DNA of 64,000 nucleotides from Mantamonas sphyraenae STR306. Taxonomy: Eukaryota > Protista > CRuMs. A program made the translations under genes and the position numbers. Where the stretch lies: contig JAPMXV010000074.1 in assembly GCA_026936335.1 (NCBI GenBank), positions 62,001-126,000 of the forward strand. The letters are read 5' to 3'. The notes beneath the pieces are model-generated. The model ran no database searches. It was given only the letters and a program-made list of their open reading frames with translations, and was not told the DNA's origin. This document shows, one piece after another, positions 23,901-38,501 of this stretch. Positions within the stretch are counted from its first letter, which is position 1, and every line of letters starts with the position of its first letter.

Positions 23901-26900
23901 TGCCACCGGCGGCACGCTCCATCCTGCTGCAGGAGGACAAGTTCAAGCACTACAACGACCAGCTGCAGCACGTGATCAGCGAGTACGAACGCGTCACGGG
24001 CATGATCTTGCCCGTGGTACGCAAGATCACAGCACACATTGTGCGCGATCTGGACACCAAGATCAAGCCGGGCATCACCTCGCTCACATGGACTTCCATG
24101 AACATCGAGGTCTTTCTGCAAAAGATCCTCAATGGCATCCACGACTTTGAGGCGCTCATCAACCGCATCGAAGAGATCATCGAGGGCCGCGTGGAGCGCA
24201 ACCTCAAGTTCATCTCGCGCGCCCTCCTCGTCGACCTCACCGAGGACACGTCGTACACCCTGGACAGCTTTGTGGGCGCCCAGGAGAAACACGTGGCTCA
24301 GCAAGCCAGCCTGCTCGACGCAAAGAACATGGAGGCGGAAAACGCCATCAATGAGGTCTTTCTGGCCGTGGCTGCCTTCACCCTGGAGACCGAGGAGCTG
24401 GACGAGAGCGTGTTTCTCGAGGAACAGGAGGCCATCCGTGAGCACTACCAGCGCCTGCTCAAGAATGCCGTGCTCAACTGCATCAAGAACAGCATGCACG
24501 CGCTGAAGAAGCGTCTGGGCTCGCGCCAGCAGACGGGCTTCCTCTTTGTCGAGCGCCCGCTGTTTGACGTCGACGTGGAGCTGACCATCCCCGAAGTGTC
24601 TCTGAACCCGTCGCTGGAGGAGCTGCAGGACGCCATCAACAGCGTGGCCAAGAGTGTGATTGGCTCCTCGGCACAGATCTACCTGTGGGGCACCGATCGC
24701 ACGGTGCGCCTGCAGCGCGCACAGCTGCCGTCCACGCGCTCGCTGTTGTCCAACCCGGAAGACGTGGAACTCATGGAATCCATCCAGGAGCAGACGCTGT
24801 ACCCGCAGATCTCCAAGGACATGAACATTGTTCGCTACGTGCTGCTGCTGGCCGGCGGCATCCAGGGCATCAAGACCGAGGTGGCCAACTTTCTGGCCAA
24901 GTTCCGCAAGTATGACTACCTGTGGAAGGAGAACATGCAGGTGGTGTACAGCGAGTTTATGAAGGGCAAGCCGGAACTGGAGGACTTCAAATCGGAGATG
25001 ACAAAGTACCTTGTGGTCGAGCAGGAGATTGCCCTCATCCCACGTGTGCACAACATCGGCGCCCTCTCACTGGAAACCCAGTCGCTCAAGTATTCGCTCA
25101 AGAGCGCCGCGGCGGGCTGGAAGCAGCAGTTTGCACGCAACCTGCACCAGCAGGCCGGCACCGATCTGCACAACCTGTTTGACTTTATGCACAGCATGAA
25201 CGCACAGTTGCGTCAGGAAATCAACGACCTGGACGACCTGCGCAACGTGCTCGGCGTCCTGCGTTCCATCCGCGAGCGTGAGTCGGAAATCGACCTGGAG
25301 TTTGGTCCGGTGGAGGAGAAGTTTGACCTGCTCATGAACTACGAGGTGCGCCTGAGCAAGGAGGAGTCGACCATGGTCACGCAACTGCGCCAGGAGTGGG
25401 CGGAGCTGCGTCACCTGAGCATGGAGACACACGAGAAGCTGACGAAGCTGCAGGTGCAGTTCAAGCGCGAGCTTGTGCGCAGCATCAAGAACTTTGTCGT
25501 CGACGTGATTTCGTTCAAGAACGACTACGACGCCAACGGGCCCAGCCCGCCCGACCTCAACCCGCAGGAGGCGGTGGCGCGTCTGGAAAAGTACGCGCGC
25601 ATGTTTATGGAGCGGGAAACCAAGTGGAGGAAGTATCAGGCCGGCGAGGAGCTGTTTGGCCTGCAACCCACCGAGTATCCGGAGCTGATGAAGGTCAAGG
25701 AGGACCTCAAGCGCCTGACGCAGCTGTACTCGCTGTACGAAACGGTGCGTCTGGATCTGGATCAGTACCGGCAGTACTACTGGCGCCAGGTGGACCTTGA
25801 TCTGATGGCCACCAAACTCAAGGAGTTTAGCACCAAGGCACGCAAGCTCAAGAAGAGTCTGCGCGAGTACAAGGCATACAAGACGATCAAGGAGCACATC
25901 AGCGAGTTTGAAGAGCTGATCCCGCTGCTGCAGCGCCTGTCGCACAAGAGTTTGCGTCCGCGCCACTGGCTCATGATTGCACAGGTCACCGACGGCCAGC
26001 TGCGGCTGGCAGACAACGCCACCCTGGAGGAGGTCATCAAGAGCAACGTGTTGCTGTACCGCGAGGACATCGAAGAGATTGCCAACGCGGCGGTGAAGGA
26101 GCTGGACATCGAGACGAAGCTGAAGCAGATCGAGGAGGATTGGGCCGACCAGAGCTTCACGTTTACCAACCATGGCAACCGTGGACCCGTGGTGCTCAAG
26201 GGCCAGGAGACACAGGAGATCATCGACCTGATGGACGAGTCGTCGATGGTGCTGAGTGCGGTGACCTCGTCACGCTACGTGGAGCCCTTCCGCGAAGAGG
26301 TCATCGACTGGCTGGCCAAACTGCAGGCCGTGGGTGACATCATCGAACAGTGGATTCTCGTGCAGAACAGGTGGATCTATCTCGAGGCTGTGTTTTCCAG
26401 CCCGGCCATTGCCAAGCAGCTGCCGCAGGAAGCCAAGCGCTTTGCACGCCTGGACCAAAAGTTTATCAAGATCATGACCAAGGCGTACGAGGTGCGCAAT
26501 GTCATCCAGTGCTGCTACAACAACGACATGCTCAAGTCGCTGCTCCAGCACTTGCGCGAGCAGCTGGAGCTGTGCCAGCGTTCCCTCACGGGTTACCTGG
26601 AAACCAAGCGGTCCATTCTGCCCCGGTTCTATTTTGTGTCGGACCCTGTGCTCCTGGAGCTGTTGTCTCAGAGCAACGAACCGCAAGCAATCACCACCCA
26701 CCTGCCCACGATCTTTGCCAACGTGGCGGATGCCGGCTTTGACGAGGTGGCCATCAACCGCATCATGTATCTGGTGTCGCAGGAGGGCGAACGGCTGAAC
26801 CTGACCACACCCATCGACGCCACGGGCAACATCGAGGTGTGGCTGGGCAGCGTGGTGGGCGAGATGCAAAGCACCCTGAAAGACCTCGTGCGCGAGTGTG

Positions 26901-29900
26901 CACGCAAGATGACCCAGCTCGACTTTGCCGACCTCGTGTCCGCCTTCAATGCCCAAGTGTCCCTGCTTGGCCTGCAGATGATCTGGACCGATGCGGTCGA
27001 GGAGGCGCTGGCCAAGAGCGAGGACGAAAAGGTGGCCATGCCTGCCACGTCCAAGCGTTTCAACCAGCTCCTGGCACAGCTGACGGAGATGGCAGGCCAG
27101 CTCAAGGTGTCGTCTGCCTCTGCGTCTGCCTCTGGATCCTCGTCAGGCAAGGGAGACGGCGAGGGCGGCAGCGGCAAGGGTCACCACCATCACCACGGCA
27201 GCTCAACCATGAGCGAAGCGGCACGCATGCGCACGCGGCTGGAAACACTGATTACCATCCAGGTGCACCAGAGGGACGTGTTTGCGGAGCTGGAAAAGGC
27301 AAAGGTGAGCGCGGTGAACGATTTCGCGTGGCAGAAGCAGTGTCGCTTCTACTGGAGCGAGATGGACGACGAGCTGAACGTTCGTCTGGCGGACTACACC
27401 TTTCCGTACTGCTACGAGTACCTGGGATGCACGTCGAGGCTGGTGGCGACGGAGCTGACGGACAGGTGCTACCTGACGCTTGCGTCTGCGCTGGCGCTGC
27501 ATTACGGCGGTGCGCCGTTTGGACCCGCGGGTACGGGCAAAACGGAAACGGTGAAGGATTTGAGCCGCACAATGGGCAAGTATGTGGTTGTGTTCAACGG
27601 CTCGGAGCAGATGGGCCACGAGTTTCTGGGCCAGCTGTTCAAGGGCACGGCGCAGAGCGGCGCCTGGATTGTGTTTGACGAGGTGAACCGCATCAAGCTG
27701 CCGGTGCTGTCTGTGATGGCGGAGCAGGTGAACTGCATCCTGCAGACACTGCGCCAGGGCCAACACGAGACGGTGTTCACCACGGGGGAAAAGATTTTCC
27801 TGGAGCACGGCTCGGGCATGTTCATCACGATGAACCCAGGCTACGCAGGACGCCAGGAGTTGCCGGAGAATCTCAAGGTGCTGTTCCGCAGCATGAGCAT
27901 GATGGTACCCGACCACAGGCAGATCATGCAGGTGAAACTCAACGCACAGGGGTTCCAGCAAGCCGGCACGCTGGCCAAGAAGTTCCACGCATTGTATCGC
28001 ATGTGTGCACAGCAGCTGAACAAACAGCCGCACTACGACTTTGGCCTGCGCAACATGCTTTCTGTGCTCGCCGCCGCGGGCAACAAACGCGCCGCCCTTC
28101 CCGACATGGACGAGACCGCCTGTTTCATGATGACGCTGCGTGACATGAACACGCCGCGTCTGGTGTCGGAAGACCTGCCCCTGTTTATGGCGCTGCTGGA
28201 GTACATTTTCCCGGGCATCAAAATCCCGCGGTCGTCGGCAGCCATGTCGGCAGGCGAGGGCGACGAAGCCTCGAGCAGCGGTGGCAGCAGCGGCAGCGGT
28301 GGCAACGAAGAGGCATCGATGATGCAACGGATCATGGACGAGGTGGATTCGATGCAGCTGGTGGCGCAGCCCGGATGGCTGACCAAGATCCACGAGTTGT
28401 ACATGACGTCGCAGGTGCGCCACGGCCTGATGCTTGTGGGACCGAGCGGAACGGGCAAGAGCACGTGTGTGGAGGTGCTCATGCGTGTGTTGAACAACAT
28501 GGGCCGGTCGCACAAGTTGCACCGCCTGAATCCGCGCTCGGTGACGTCGGACGAACTGTTTGGACGGCCGGTGAAGAACGAGTGGCGCGAGGGCATCCTG
28601 GGCGCACTGTGGAGCAAGTACAACCGCACGAGCAAGACATCGACGTGGCTGTGCCTGGATGGCCCCGTGGAGGCGGAGTGGATTGAAAACCTGAACACGG
28701 TGTTGGACGACAACAAAGTGTTGTCGCTGTCCAACGGCGACCGCTTGACCATGGCTGAGAACTTCAAGCTGGTGTTTGAGGTGAACGACCTGAGCAAAGC
28801 CTCGTTGGCCACGGTCACGCGTGCGGGCATTGTGTACATGAGCGAGTCGCTGCTGGGCTACCAATCGCTGATTGTGTCGTGGTTGGGCAAGGTGGAGGAC
28901 ACGCACGTGTCTGTGGTCCTGCAGAAGCTGTTCCAAAAGGTGTTGCCTGACATGCTCAATTGGGTGAACAAGGGCGGCCACGCAGTGATGGCCACCACAG
29001 ACGCACACAAGGTGACCCAGTGTCTCACGCTGCTCACAGGCATGCTGCACCAGGTGGCACAGGGTGGCCGCACATCCACGCTGCCAGATGCAGGCGCCGA
29101 ACAGTTGTTGGCTGGCAATGCAGCAGCAGCAGTAGTAGCTCGGATGCAGGTGGAAACACACCGGGAGGACTGGCGGGCCTGGACGACGAGGCACTGGAGC
29201 GCATGTTTGTGTTTGCGCTGTGCTGGTCGGTGGGTGCGTTGGCAGAGACGCACGAGCGGGTCAAGTTTGACCAGCGGCTGCGGGAGCATTGCAAGGTGTT
29301 GCCGCAGGTGGCGGAGAAGGAGGAGACGGTGTTTGATTACGTGCTCAACGCAGACACCCACGAGTGGGAACACTGGGAGACGCGCGTGGAGCGGTGGGAG
29401 TACGACGAGACGTGGACGTCGCGCCTCTCCTTCGAGTCGCTGGTGTTGCCCAACATGGACATGGAACGGCTGTTGTACCTGACGGCCCTGAGCCACGCCA
29501 CGCCCACACACACCCCTGTGCTGCTGGTGGGTGGCGTGGGCACGGGCAAGACCACTGTGTTGCGCCAGTACATGGGCATTGTGGCCAGTCCGCAGATGCT
29601 CACCAGTTCCATGCACATGACGTCTGCCACCACAGCCATGCAGATGAAGCAGTACGTGGAATCCAAGCTGGAGTCGCGTCCGGACGCGTGTTTGGTCCCA
29701 CCAGTGGCCGTTCCATGACCGTCTTTCTCGACGACGTCAACATGCCGCACGTGAACCACAACGGCGTGCAGATGACGAGCGAGTTCCTGCGCCAGTTCCT
29801 GGAAGACGGTGGCTTCTACAACACCGACAAGCCCGGCGAGTTTAGCCGTGTGGTGGACATGAGCGTGCTGGCGGCCATGCGTGCCCCAGGTGGCGCCGTG

Positions 29901-32900
29901 AACGATCTGTCGTCGCGTCTGAAGCGCCATTTTGCGGTGTACAACGTGACGATGCCCAACACACAGTCGCTGGACGCCATCTTTGGAGAGGTGCTGAGGG
30001 CCAACTTTGCCGAGTTTGAAACGGAGGTGTTCCAGAGCGCAGAGCGGCTGTTGGATCTGACGCTGGGTGTGTGGAATGCCCTGCGTGGGCACCTGTTGCC
30101 CACCGCCGACCGCATCCACTACGTGTTTAGCATGTACGATCTGAAGCGTGTGTTTGAGGGCATGCTGCAGGCAAGCAAGGAGGTGATCATTTCGGACTAC
30201 CTGTTGATTGTGCTGTGGGCCCACGAGTGCTCGCGCGTGTTCCAGGACAAGCTGGTGGGCATCCACGACAGCACCTTTTATCGCAAGGCCGTGACGGGCG
30301 TGCTGCGCGACGTGTACAACGAAGAGAGCATGGAGGGACTGATGAAGACCACCGTGTACTTTGGTGATTTCACACAGGAGCCGCCCGAGGACGAGGACGA
30401 CGAGCCAGCCATGCCGGATTACCTGCCGCTGGAGTCGCTGGACGAGGTGCGTCCGCATCTGGCCATGTGGATCAAGCACTTCAACGACGACCACCCGCAT
30501 TCGCCCATCCATCCGGTGCTGTTTGACGACTATGTGACCCATGTGATGCGGCTGCTGCGCGTGTTCCGCATGAGCAATGGCAACGCACTGCTGATGGGCT
30601 ACGGCGGCAGCGGACGCAAGACGCTGGTGCGGTTTGCCACGTACATTGCCGGATTCGACGACACGTTTTCCATCCACATGCGCAAGGACTACAGCGCACA
30701 GAACCTGCAGGACGACCTGAAGAATCTGTACACCATGACGGGTGTGGAGGAGCAGCGCATCACCTTTGTGGTCAGCGAGAGTGACATCAAGCAGGACATC
30801 TTCCTGGAATACCTGCACTGGATCCTGGCGACGGGCGAGGTGCCCAACCTCTTTGCAAAGGAAGAGCTGGACGCCATCTTCAGCGAGCTGCGCCCCAAGG
30901 CCAAAAAGGCAAAGAGCGTCATGTTGGACAGCTTCGACAGCATGTACCGCTTCTTCATTGGGCGTGCGCGTGCCAACATGCGCGTGGTGCTGTGTCTGTC
31001 GCCTGGCGAGCAGTTCCGGGAGCGTGCCGTGCGCTTCCCGTCGCTGGTGACCGGGTGCACCATTGATTACTACCACAAGTGGCCTGCGGATGCGCTGACA
31101 GCCGTTGCCACGGATATGATCAATGGGTTTGAGTTGGACGAGTCGTGTGACGACGAGACGCGCGACGCCCTGATTGAGCTGATGACGGTGACGCACACGA
31201 CGGCAGACCACATTTGCGGCGAATACTTCACACAGTACCGGCGCAGTGCCCACGTGTCACCGCAGACGTTTGTCAACCTGTTGCGCTCGTTTGAAGAGAT
31301 TTACAACCACAAAATCGGGGAGATTGACGAGCTGGCGGCCAAGGTGCACCAGGGTTTGGCACAGCTGCTGACGGCCAAGGAGGATGTGGCTGCTATGAAA
31401 GTGGACCTGAGTGTGAAGGAGGAGGAGCTGCAGGAGGCACAGCAGGTGTCGTCCAACCTGCTGGCACAGATCACGGAAAAGACGGCCAACATCGAAAAGA
31501 AAAAGGCCGACATGATTGCCATCAAGGAGCCGCTGGCCGAGGAGCGCGAACGCGTGAGTGCAGAGTGGGAAGAGGCAGACAGGGAGCTGGAGCGTGCGCG
31601 TCCGGATCTGGAAAAGGCGGAGAAGGCGCTGGGTGACATCAAGCCGACAGACATCAAGTATCTGCGATCGATGTCCTCGCCGCCAGACCTGATCAAGCGC
31701 ATTTTTGACGCGGTGCTGATTCTGCGTCAGAAGGGCCCGCTTGCGCCTGCGCAGTGGGTGAAGAGCGGCTCCAAGATCACGCTGAAGGACAGCTACTCGT
31801 CGTCGTTGAAGATCATGAGCGACATCAACTTTGTCAAGAGCCTGATTGAGTTCAACCGGGACGGCATCAACGACGAGACCATCGAGCTGTTGCAGCCGTA
31901 CCTGGAGATGAAGGATTTCACGCACACGCACGCGATGAAGTCGAGCGAAAACGCGGCCGGCCTGCTGCTGTGGGTCAAGGCCATGGTGGGCTACCAGCGT
32001 GTGGCCAAGTACGTGGCACCCAAGATCACCAAGCTGAAGATGGCAGAGCGGCAGTTGGCAAACGCGGAGAAGAAGCTGGGTGTGGTGCAGGGCGAGCTGG
32101 CAGTGATCCAGGAGGAACTGGACATGATGCAGGGCGAGTTTGACCAGGCGATGAAGGAGAAACAGCGGATTGCAGACGAGGCGTACAGCACGCAGATGCA
32201 CATGGAGAACGCAAACCAACTGCTGGACGGCCTTGCGGACGAGCGCATCCGGTGGGAGTCGCAGAAGCGAGAGTTTGCCACGCAGATCCAACAGTTGGTG
32301 GGCGACGCGTTCCTGGCATCGGCCATGATCACGTACACGGGTCCGTTCAACCAGGAGTACCGCGAGCGGCTGGAGCGCAAGATCATTCGCGAGTGTGCCA
32401 ACCGAGTGCCACACAGCGCACACTTTAAGCTGACGGAGTTTTTGAGCAGTGCGTCGGAACGTGGCGAATGGCTGCTGCAGGGGCTGCCGAACGACACGCT
32501 GTCGGTGCAGAACGCAATTGTGATGAAGAACCAGAGCATGTGGCCGTTCTTTATCGATCCGCAGGAGCAGGGTCTGCAGTGGCTGATGAACAAGGAGGCG
32601 GACAACCAGTTGCAGGTGACGAGCCAGAACGAGAAGCAGTTTGTGCGCGTGCTGGAAGATTCGTTGAGCTTCGGCTATCCGCTGGTGATTACGGGCTTCT
32701 CGGCGGACTACGATCCGATCCTGGAGCCTGTGTTGAAGCGACGCACATTCCGACAGGGCAAGGGTCTGGCGGTGATGTTGGACGGCAAGGATGTGACGTG
32801 GAACGACAACTTCCGGCTGGTGCTGGTGACGAGCTCGGCCAACCCGCGCGTGGGTCCGGAGTTGGCGTCCAAGGTGATGACCATGGACTTTACGGTGACG

Positions 32901-35735
32901 ATGGGCGGCCTGGAGGAACAGCTCCTGTCACGTGTGGTGCTGAAGGAAAAGGCCGAGTTGGAAGACCAGCGTCTGGCGCTGATGGAGGAGATCACACACG
33001 ACACCAAGCGCATCACCGAGCTGGAGGACGAGCTGCTGGCGTACCTGAGTGCCACGGACGAGGAAGGGGCGCAGAAGAAGCTGCTGGAAGACACGGGACT
33101 CATCACACTGCTGTCCAAGACGAAGAACACGGTGTTGGAACTGAAGAGCAAGCTGGCGTACAGCAACGAAACGGAGGTGCAACTGCGAGAGGCACGCGAG
33201 GAGTACCGTGCAGTGGCCACGCGTGGCTCTGTGCTGTACTTTGTGATCAAGGAGATGAGCGAGCTGAACCCGATGTACCAAACGTCGCTGGAGGCATTCC
33301 TGGGCATGTTTGACTTGTCGCTGAAGCAGAGCGAACGTTCGCCTGCGCCGGCGACGCGCATCCACAACATCATCGAACACCTGACGCGTGTGGTGCACCG
33401 CAACGTGGCACGTGGACTGTTCCGCAAGGACAAGCAGCTGTTCCTGCTGCTGATGGTGCTGAAGATTGAGGTGTCGCGCGGACGCATGAAGCCCGAACAC
33501 TTTACCGCGTTTGTGCGCGGCAGCAACACGGCCGAGGTGCGTGCGATGAAGAGCAAACCCATCAGTTTCCTGTCGGACAGGGTGTTTATGAACCTGGCCT
33601 ACCTGAGCAAACTGGACGAGTTCAACGGGTTGCTGGAGTCGGTGGCCAACAGCGATCACCGCTGGCAGCAGTGGTACGAGCAGGAGGCGCCCGAGGAGGG
33701 GCCTCTGTGTGGACCGTTTGCAGACGATAGCAAGTATGGACCCATGCACAAGTTGCTGATTGTGCGCACGCTGCGTGAGGACCGCACCATGGCTGCGGCG
33801 TCGGAGTACATCGGAACGGTGTTGCACCGCAGCTTCCTGGACGAGGAGAGTGTGGATCTGGGCAAGATTGTGGACGAGGAGGCACACGCGCGCAAGGCCA
33901 TCATCTACCTGTTGTCACCCGGCAGCGACCCCCTGTCTCAGATCCATCCGTTGGCCAAGAGTCGCAAGATGGCATTGAAGACGGTGTCGATGGGCGAGGG
34001 CCAGGAGCACGAGGCGTTGAAGCTGATCAAGGACGGCATGCTGGACGGCAACTGGGTGTTGCTGCACAACGTGCACCTTGGCCTGAGCATCCTGGAGGAT
34101 GTGGCGAGTCTGTTGGAGAACACCGAGGAGGACGTTGTGGTGCCCACGTTCCGTCTCTTCCTCACCAGCGAACCCAACGACGAGTTTCCGGTGCCGCTGC
34201 TGCAAAGTTCGGTGAAACTGACGGCGGAGGCGCCGCAGGGTCTGCGCGCAGGCCTTGCTCGCTCGTACTCGTGGCTGGACGACACTGTGCTGCAACTGCA
34301 CGACAGCACGGAGGAGTGGCGTCCGCTCATCTACGCGGTGTGCTTCCTACACAGCGTGGTGCAGGAGCGACGCAAGTACGGCTCGCTGGGTTGGAATGTG
34401 CCGTACGAGTTCAACGACAGCGATTTGGCCTCGGCGGTGGACTACCTGCAGAGTGTCAACTTTGGTGGGGCGAGCGGCAGCAAGAGTGGCAGTGGTGGTG
34501 CTGGCGGTAGCAATGTGTCGTGGACGGCAATCCGATACATGATCAGCGAGGTGTTGTATGGCGGACGCATCACGGATGCGTACGACAGGCGGCTGTTCAG
34601 CACGTACACAGACCTTTGGATTACGTCGCGTGTGGCGGACAAGGGGTTTGCGTTCGGGCGCGATTACAAGACCATGGTGGGCGGATCGATTTCGCAGTAC
34701 CGCACCATGATCGAAGGACTGCCCGGCACAGACACGACGGAGCTGTTTGGACTGAACAGCAACGCAGAGGTGACGTACAACCTGCAGGAGGCCAGTCGAA
34801 TCCTGCAAACCATCCAGAGTGTGCAACCGAAGGAGAACGTGGGCTCGGCGGAGCTGTCGCGCGAGGACACGGTGTTGCACCTGTGCGACGAACTGGAACG
34901 ACGGCTGCCGAAGGAAATGAGCCGTGACCTGGTGCGTGACAAGATCAAGAAGGCGGGCGGATTGACACACCCGTCGAATGTGTTTGTGAGCCAGGAGATC
35001 GATGCGATGACCACGCTGATTGCCACGGTGAAGCGGGATCTGCACGTGTTGCGTGCGTCGATCAACGGCGTGATGTCGTTCAGCGACGTGTCGATGGACA
35101 TGATGAACGCGATGTACAACAACGACGTGCCTGCGAGCTGGCTGGCAATGTCGTGGCCGGCCACAAGCCTGCACGCGTGGCAGGTGGAAATGGCGGCGCG
35201 ACACGAGCAGTTGCACGCATGGCTGTACGGAGGCAGGCCCAAGGTCGTCATGATGTCGCTGCTGTTCAACCCGCGTGGCTTCCTGACGGCGTTGAAGCAG
35301 GAGGTGTGCCAGGCTCACAAGGGTTGGGCCCTGGACACGCTGGTCATCACCAGCGAGGTCATCGACAAGGAGAAGGAACAGATCAAGGACTCGGCCAGCG
35401 AAGGCGTGTATGTGAGTGGCCTGCAGCTGGAAGGGGCGGCGTGGGAGAAGGGTTCGTCGCGAGGCACGTCGGGCGGCGAGGGGTCGTCCAGCGGCACCAG
35501 TGGACGTCTGGTGGACAGCAGTCCCAAGCAACTGTTTGCACCCTTGCCTGTGGTGCTGTTGTCTGCAGTGCCGGAGAAGGAGTATCGCAGCGACGCGCGT
35601 GCGTACCGCTGCCCCGTTTACTCGCACGTCTCGCGCGGCGCAGACAATCTGGTGTTTGAGATGGAGCTGCGCAGCGAGGAGAATCCCATCAAGTGGGTGT
35701 TGCGTGGAGCAGCGGCGGTGTTTGGCGAGCGATGA
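20985..35735 (+). CDS. Axonemal dynein heavy chain, most like outer-arm gamma class (DNAH5/8-like); 3 short 5' introns, frameshifts near 29119 and 29679
   Basis: DHC_N1 tail (EVEFWKTRQARLTSITEQ...KAKDNYKYL), linker (WIYLEAVF, PRFYFVSD), P-loops GPAGTGKT, GPSGTGKS, GGVGTGKT, GYGGSGRK, stalk coiled coil, C-terminal WVLRGAA. ORFs 21938, 28960 and 29364 are consecutive parts. Confidence 0.93.
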
Positions 35736-35860
35736 TGCGATTGTTTGGTGGAATGTGGGGGAAATGAGAATTCATCGTTCAATGGATGCTGTGGTTCTGC
35801 TCAACACACAACACACACACACACACACACGCAGAGGAAGATCAGGCGCTTCCTGCTGAC

Positions 35861-38501
35861 TTATGCGCTGCGCATCTTGTTGAGGGCGGAACCGGCCTTG
35901 AACCACTCGATCTGGTCGCTGTTGTAGGTGTGGTTAAGGTCGATGGTGGTTGTGTTGCCGTCCTCGCTGGTGATCTTTGCTTGCAGGGGCTTGCCCGGAG
36001 CGAAGCTCTGCAGGCCGACAATCTCCACCTTGTCGGTGGGGTTGATCTTGTCGTAGTCGGCCGGGTCGGCAAAGGTGAGTGCCAGCATGCCCTGCTTCTT
36101 GAGGTTGGTTTCGTGGATGCGTGCAAAGCTCTTGACAATCACAGCCACGCCGCCCAGGTAGCGGGGCTCGAGAGCGGCGTGCTCGCGGGACGAGCCCTCG
36201 CCATAGTTCTCCTCACCCAGCACCACCCAGGGCATGCCCTTGGCTTTGTAGGTGCGTGCCACGTCGGGCACACCTCCGTAGGCGCCGTCCTCCGAGGTCA
36301 GGTCGCGCACGCTGTTGGCCTTGCCGTTCTCGGCGTTGATGGCACCGATCAGCATGTTGTTGGAGATGTTGTCCAGGTGGCCACGGAAGCGCAGCCAGGG
36401 ACCGGCCATGGAGATGTGGTCGGTGGTGCACTTGCCCTCGGTCTTGATGAGCACGTTGGCGCTGATGCTGTCCTCTCCATTCCAGGCCTTGAAGGGCTCC
36501 AGGACCTGAAGGCGCTCGCTCTGCGGGTCCACAACCACCTCCACGTTGGATCCGTCCTGGGGAGGGGCCTGGTAGGTGTCGCGTCCGGGGTCAAAGCCTG
36601 CCTGGGGCAGGGAATCGCCAAAGGGATCGCTGATCTTGTGGCCGCCGTCCAGGGTGTCGGTGAGCGGGTTGAAGGTCAGCTTGCCAGCCAGGGCCATGAC
36701 AGTGACCACCTCGGGGGAAGCCACAAAGGCGTGGGTGGCCGGGTTGCCGTCGTTGCGCGAGGTGAAGTTGCGGTTGAAGGAGGTGATGATGGAGTTCTTC
36801 ACACCCTGCTCCATGTCGGTGCGGTTCCACTGACCGATGCAAGGGCCGCACGCGTTGGCAAGCACCACGGCACCAGCCTTCTCCAGGGTCTCAATCATGC
36901 CGTCGCGTTCCATGGTGGCACGCACCTGCTCGCTGCCCGGGGTCACGGTGAACTGGCTCTTGAAGCGAAGGCCATTCTGCAGGGCCTCGGCAGCAATGCT
37001 GGTCACGCGTGCCATGTCCTCGTAGGAGGAGTTTGTGCAGGAGCCAATCAGACCCACCTTGAGCTCTTCGGGCCACTCGTTGGCACGCACGGCGTCGGCA
37101 AACTCCGAGAGGGGATGCGCACGGTCGGGGGTGAAGGGACCGTTGATGTGGGGCTCCAGGGTGGACAGGTCGATGTGGTACAGCTCGTCGTACTCTGCGC
37201 CCGCATCGGCCACCAGGTTCTCCTTGTAGGTGTCGGCCAGGTTGGCAATGTCTGCACGCTTGGTGGCCTGCAGGTACTCGGCCTGGCGCTGGTTGTAGGG
37301 GAACACCGAGGTGGTGGCGCCAATCTCGGCACCCATGTTGCAGATGGTGGCCATGCCTGTGCAGCTCATGGTCTCCACACCCTCGCCAAAGTACTCGACA
37401 ATGGCACCCGTGCCTCCCTTGACGGTGAGCATGCCAGCCAGGCGCAGGATGACATCCTTGGGCGAGGTCCAGCCGTTGAGCTTGCCAGTCAGCTTGACAC
37501 CAATGACCTTGGGCGTCTTGAGCTCCCACGGAAGGCCAGCCATGACATCGACGGCATCGGCGCCGCCGACACCAATGGCCACCATTCCCATGCCGCCTGC
37601 ATTGGGGGTGTGCGAGTCGGTGCCGATCATGAGACCGCCCGGGAAGGCGTAGTTCTCCAGCACAATCTGGTGGATGATGCCCGATCCGGGTCCCCAGAAA
37701 CCCATGCCGTACTTGCGGCCTGCAGAGGACAGGAATTCGTACACTTCCTGGTTGAGATCGACGGCAGCCTTGAGGTCATCCTCAGCACCTGCGGCAGAAG
37801 CCTGGATCAGGTGATCGCAATGGATGGTCGAAGGCACTGCCGTCTTGGGCATGCCTGCGGTCATAAACTGCATCACAGCCATTTGTGCTGTGGCATCCTG
37901 CATAGCCACACGGTCCGGGCGCAGCTTCAGGTACGACTGGCCGCGCACAATCTCCGCCTCGCCGGCGTTGTCCAGATGCGAGTACACAATCTTCTCCGAC
38001 AGCGTCAGTGGGCGGTCCAGGCGCTTGCGCACAACCTCCAGAGTGCTCTGTGGTTGCCACACGGATCAATGAATGTGTTCATGCGCATGGCAGCGGGTGT
38101 CCATAGGCGATGGGGCGATAAAAAAGGGGCGGAGAGCAGTTCAACGAGCGATGTCAGCAGCCGGAAATGCACAGGAAAGGCGGGCAACCGGAGCGAATTC
38201 CACACGGCATGGAGGGATGAGGACGAGGAAAACGTGCGGAAAGGCTGGGGTGTCATGTCCACCAGGGCATGGAAGCGTACCTGCATGTTGTCGTAGCTCA
38301 GTTCGTTCTGTTCGAGCGGCGACATGAGGGTGGCGTAGGAACGTTGCGTGGTCTTGGCCTGTGGGGGGGGAAGCACAAAGGGGGTTGGTCAGCCACACAT
38401 GGTCAAGGCACACTACACACGCTGCTGTCGCCTTTGCACTGCATGCCACCTACCACACGTTGGATTGTCGCTGTTTGCTTGATAGTGCTGCGAGTGAACA
38501 T
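35861..38501 (-). CDS. ACO2: Mitochondrial aconitate hydratase, 3 exons
   Basis: [69 protein letters not shown]; presequence-like first exon [16 protein letters not shown]|gtaggt. Confidence 0.96.

Noticed and set aside
21905-25051. Long antisense and alternative-frame ORFs (e.g. 21905-25051 -, 35786-38296 +, 60117-62171 -, 3140-4855 +)
   Set aside because: Shadows of GC-rich codon usage on the real genes; no recognisable motifs.
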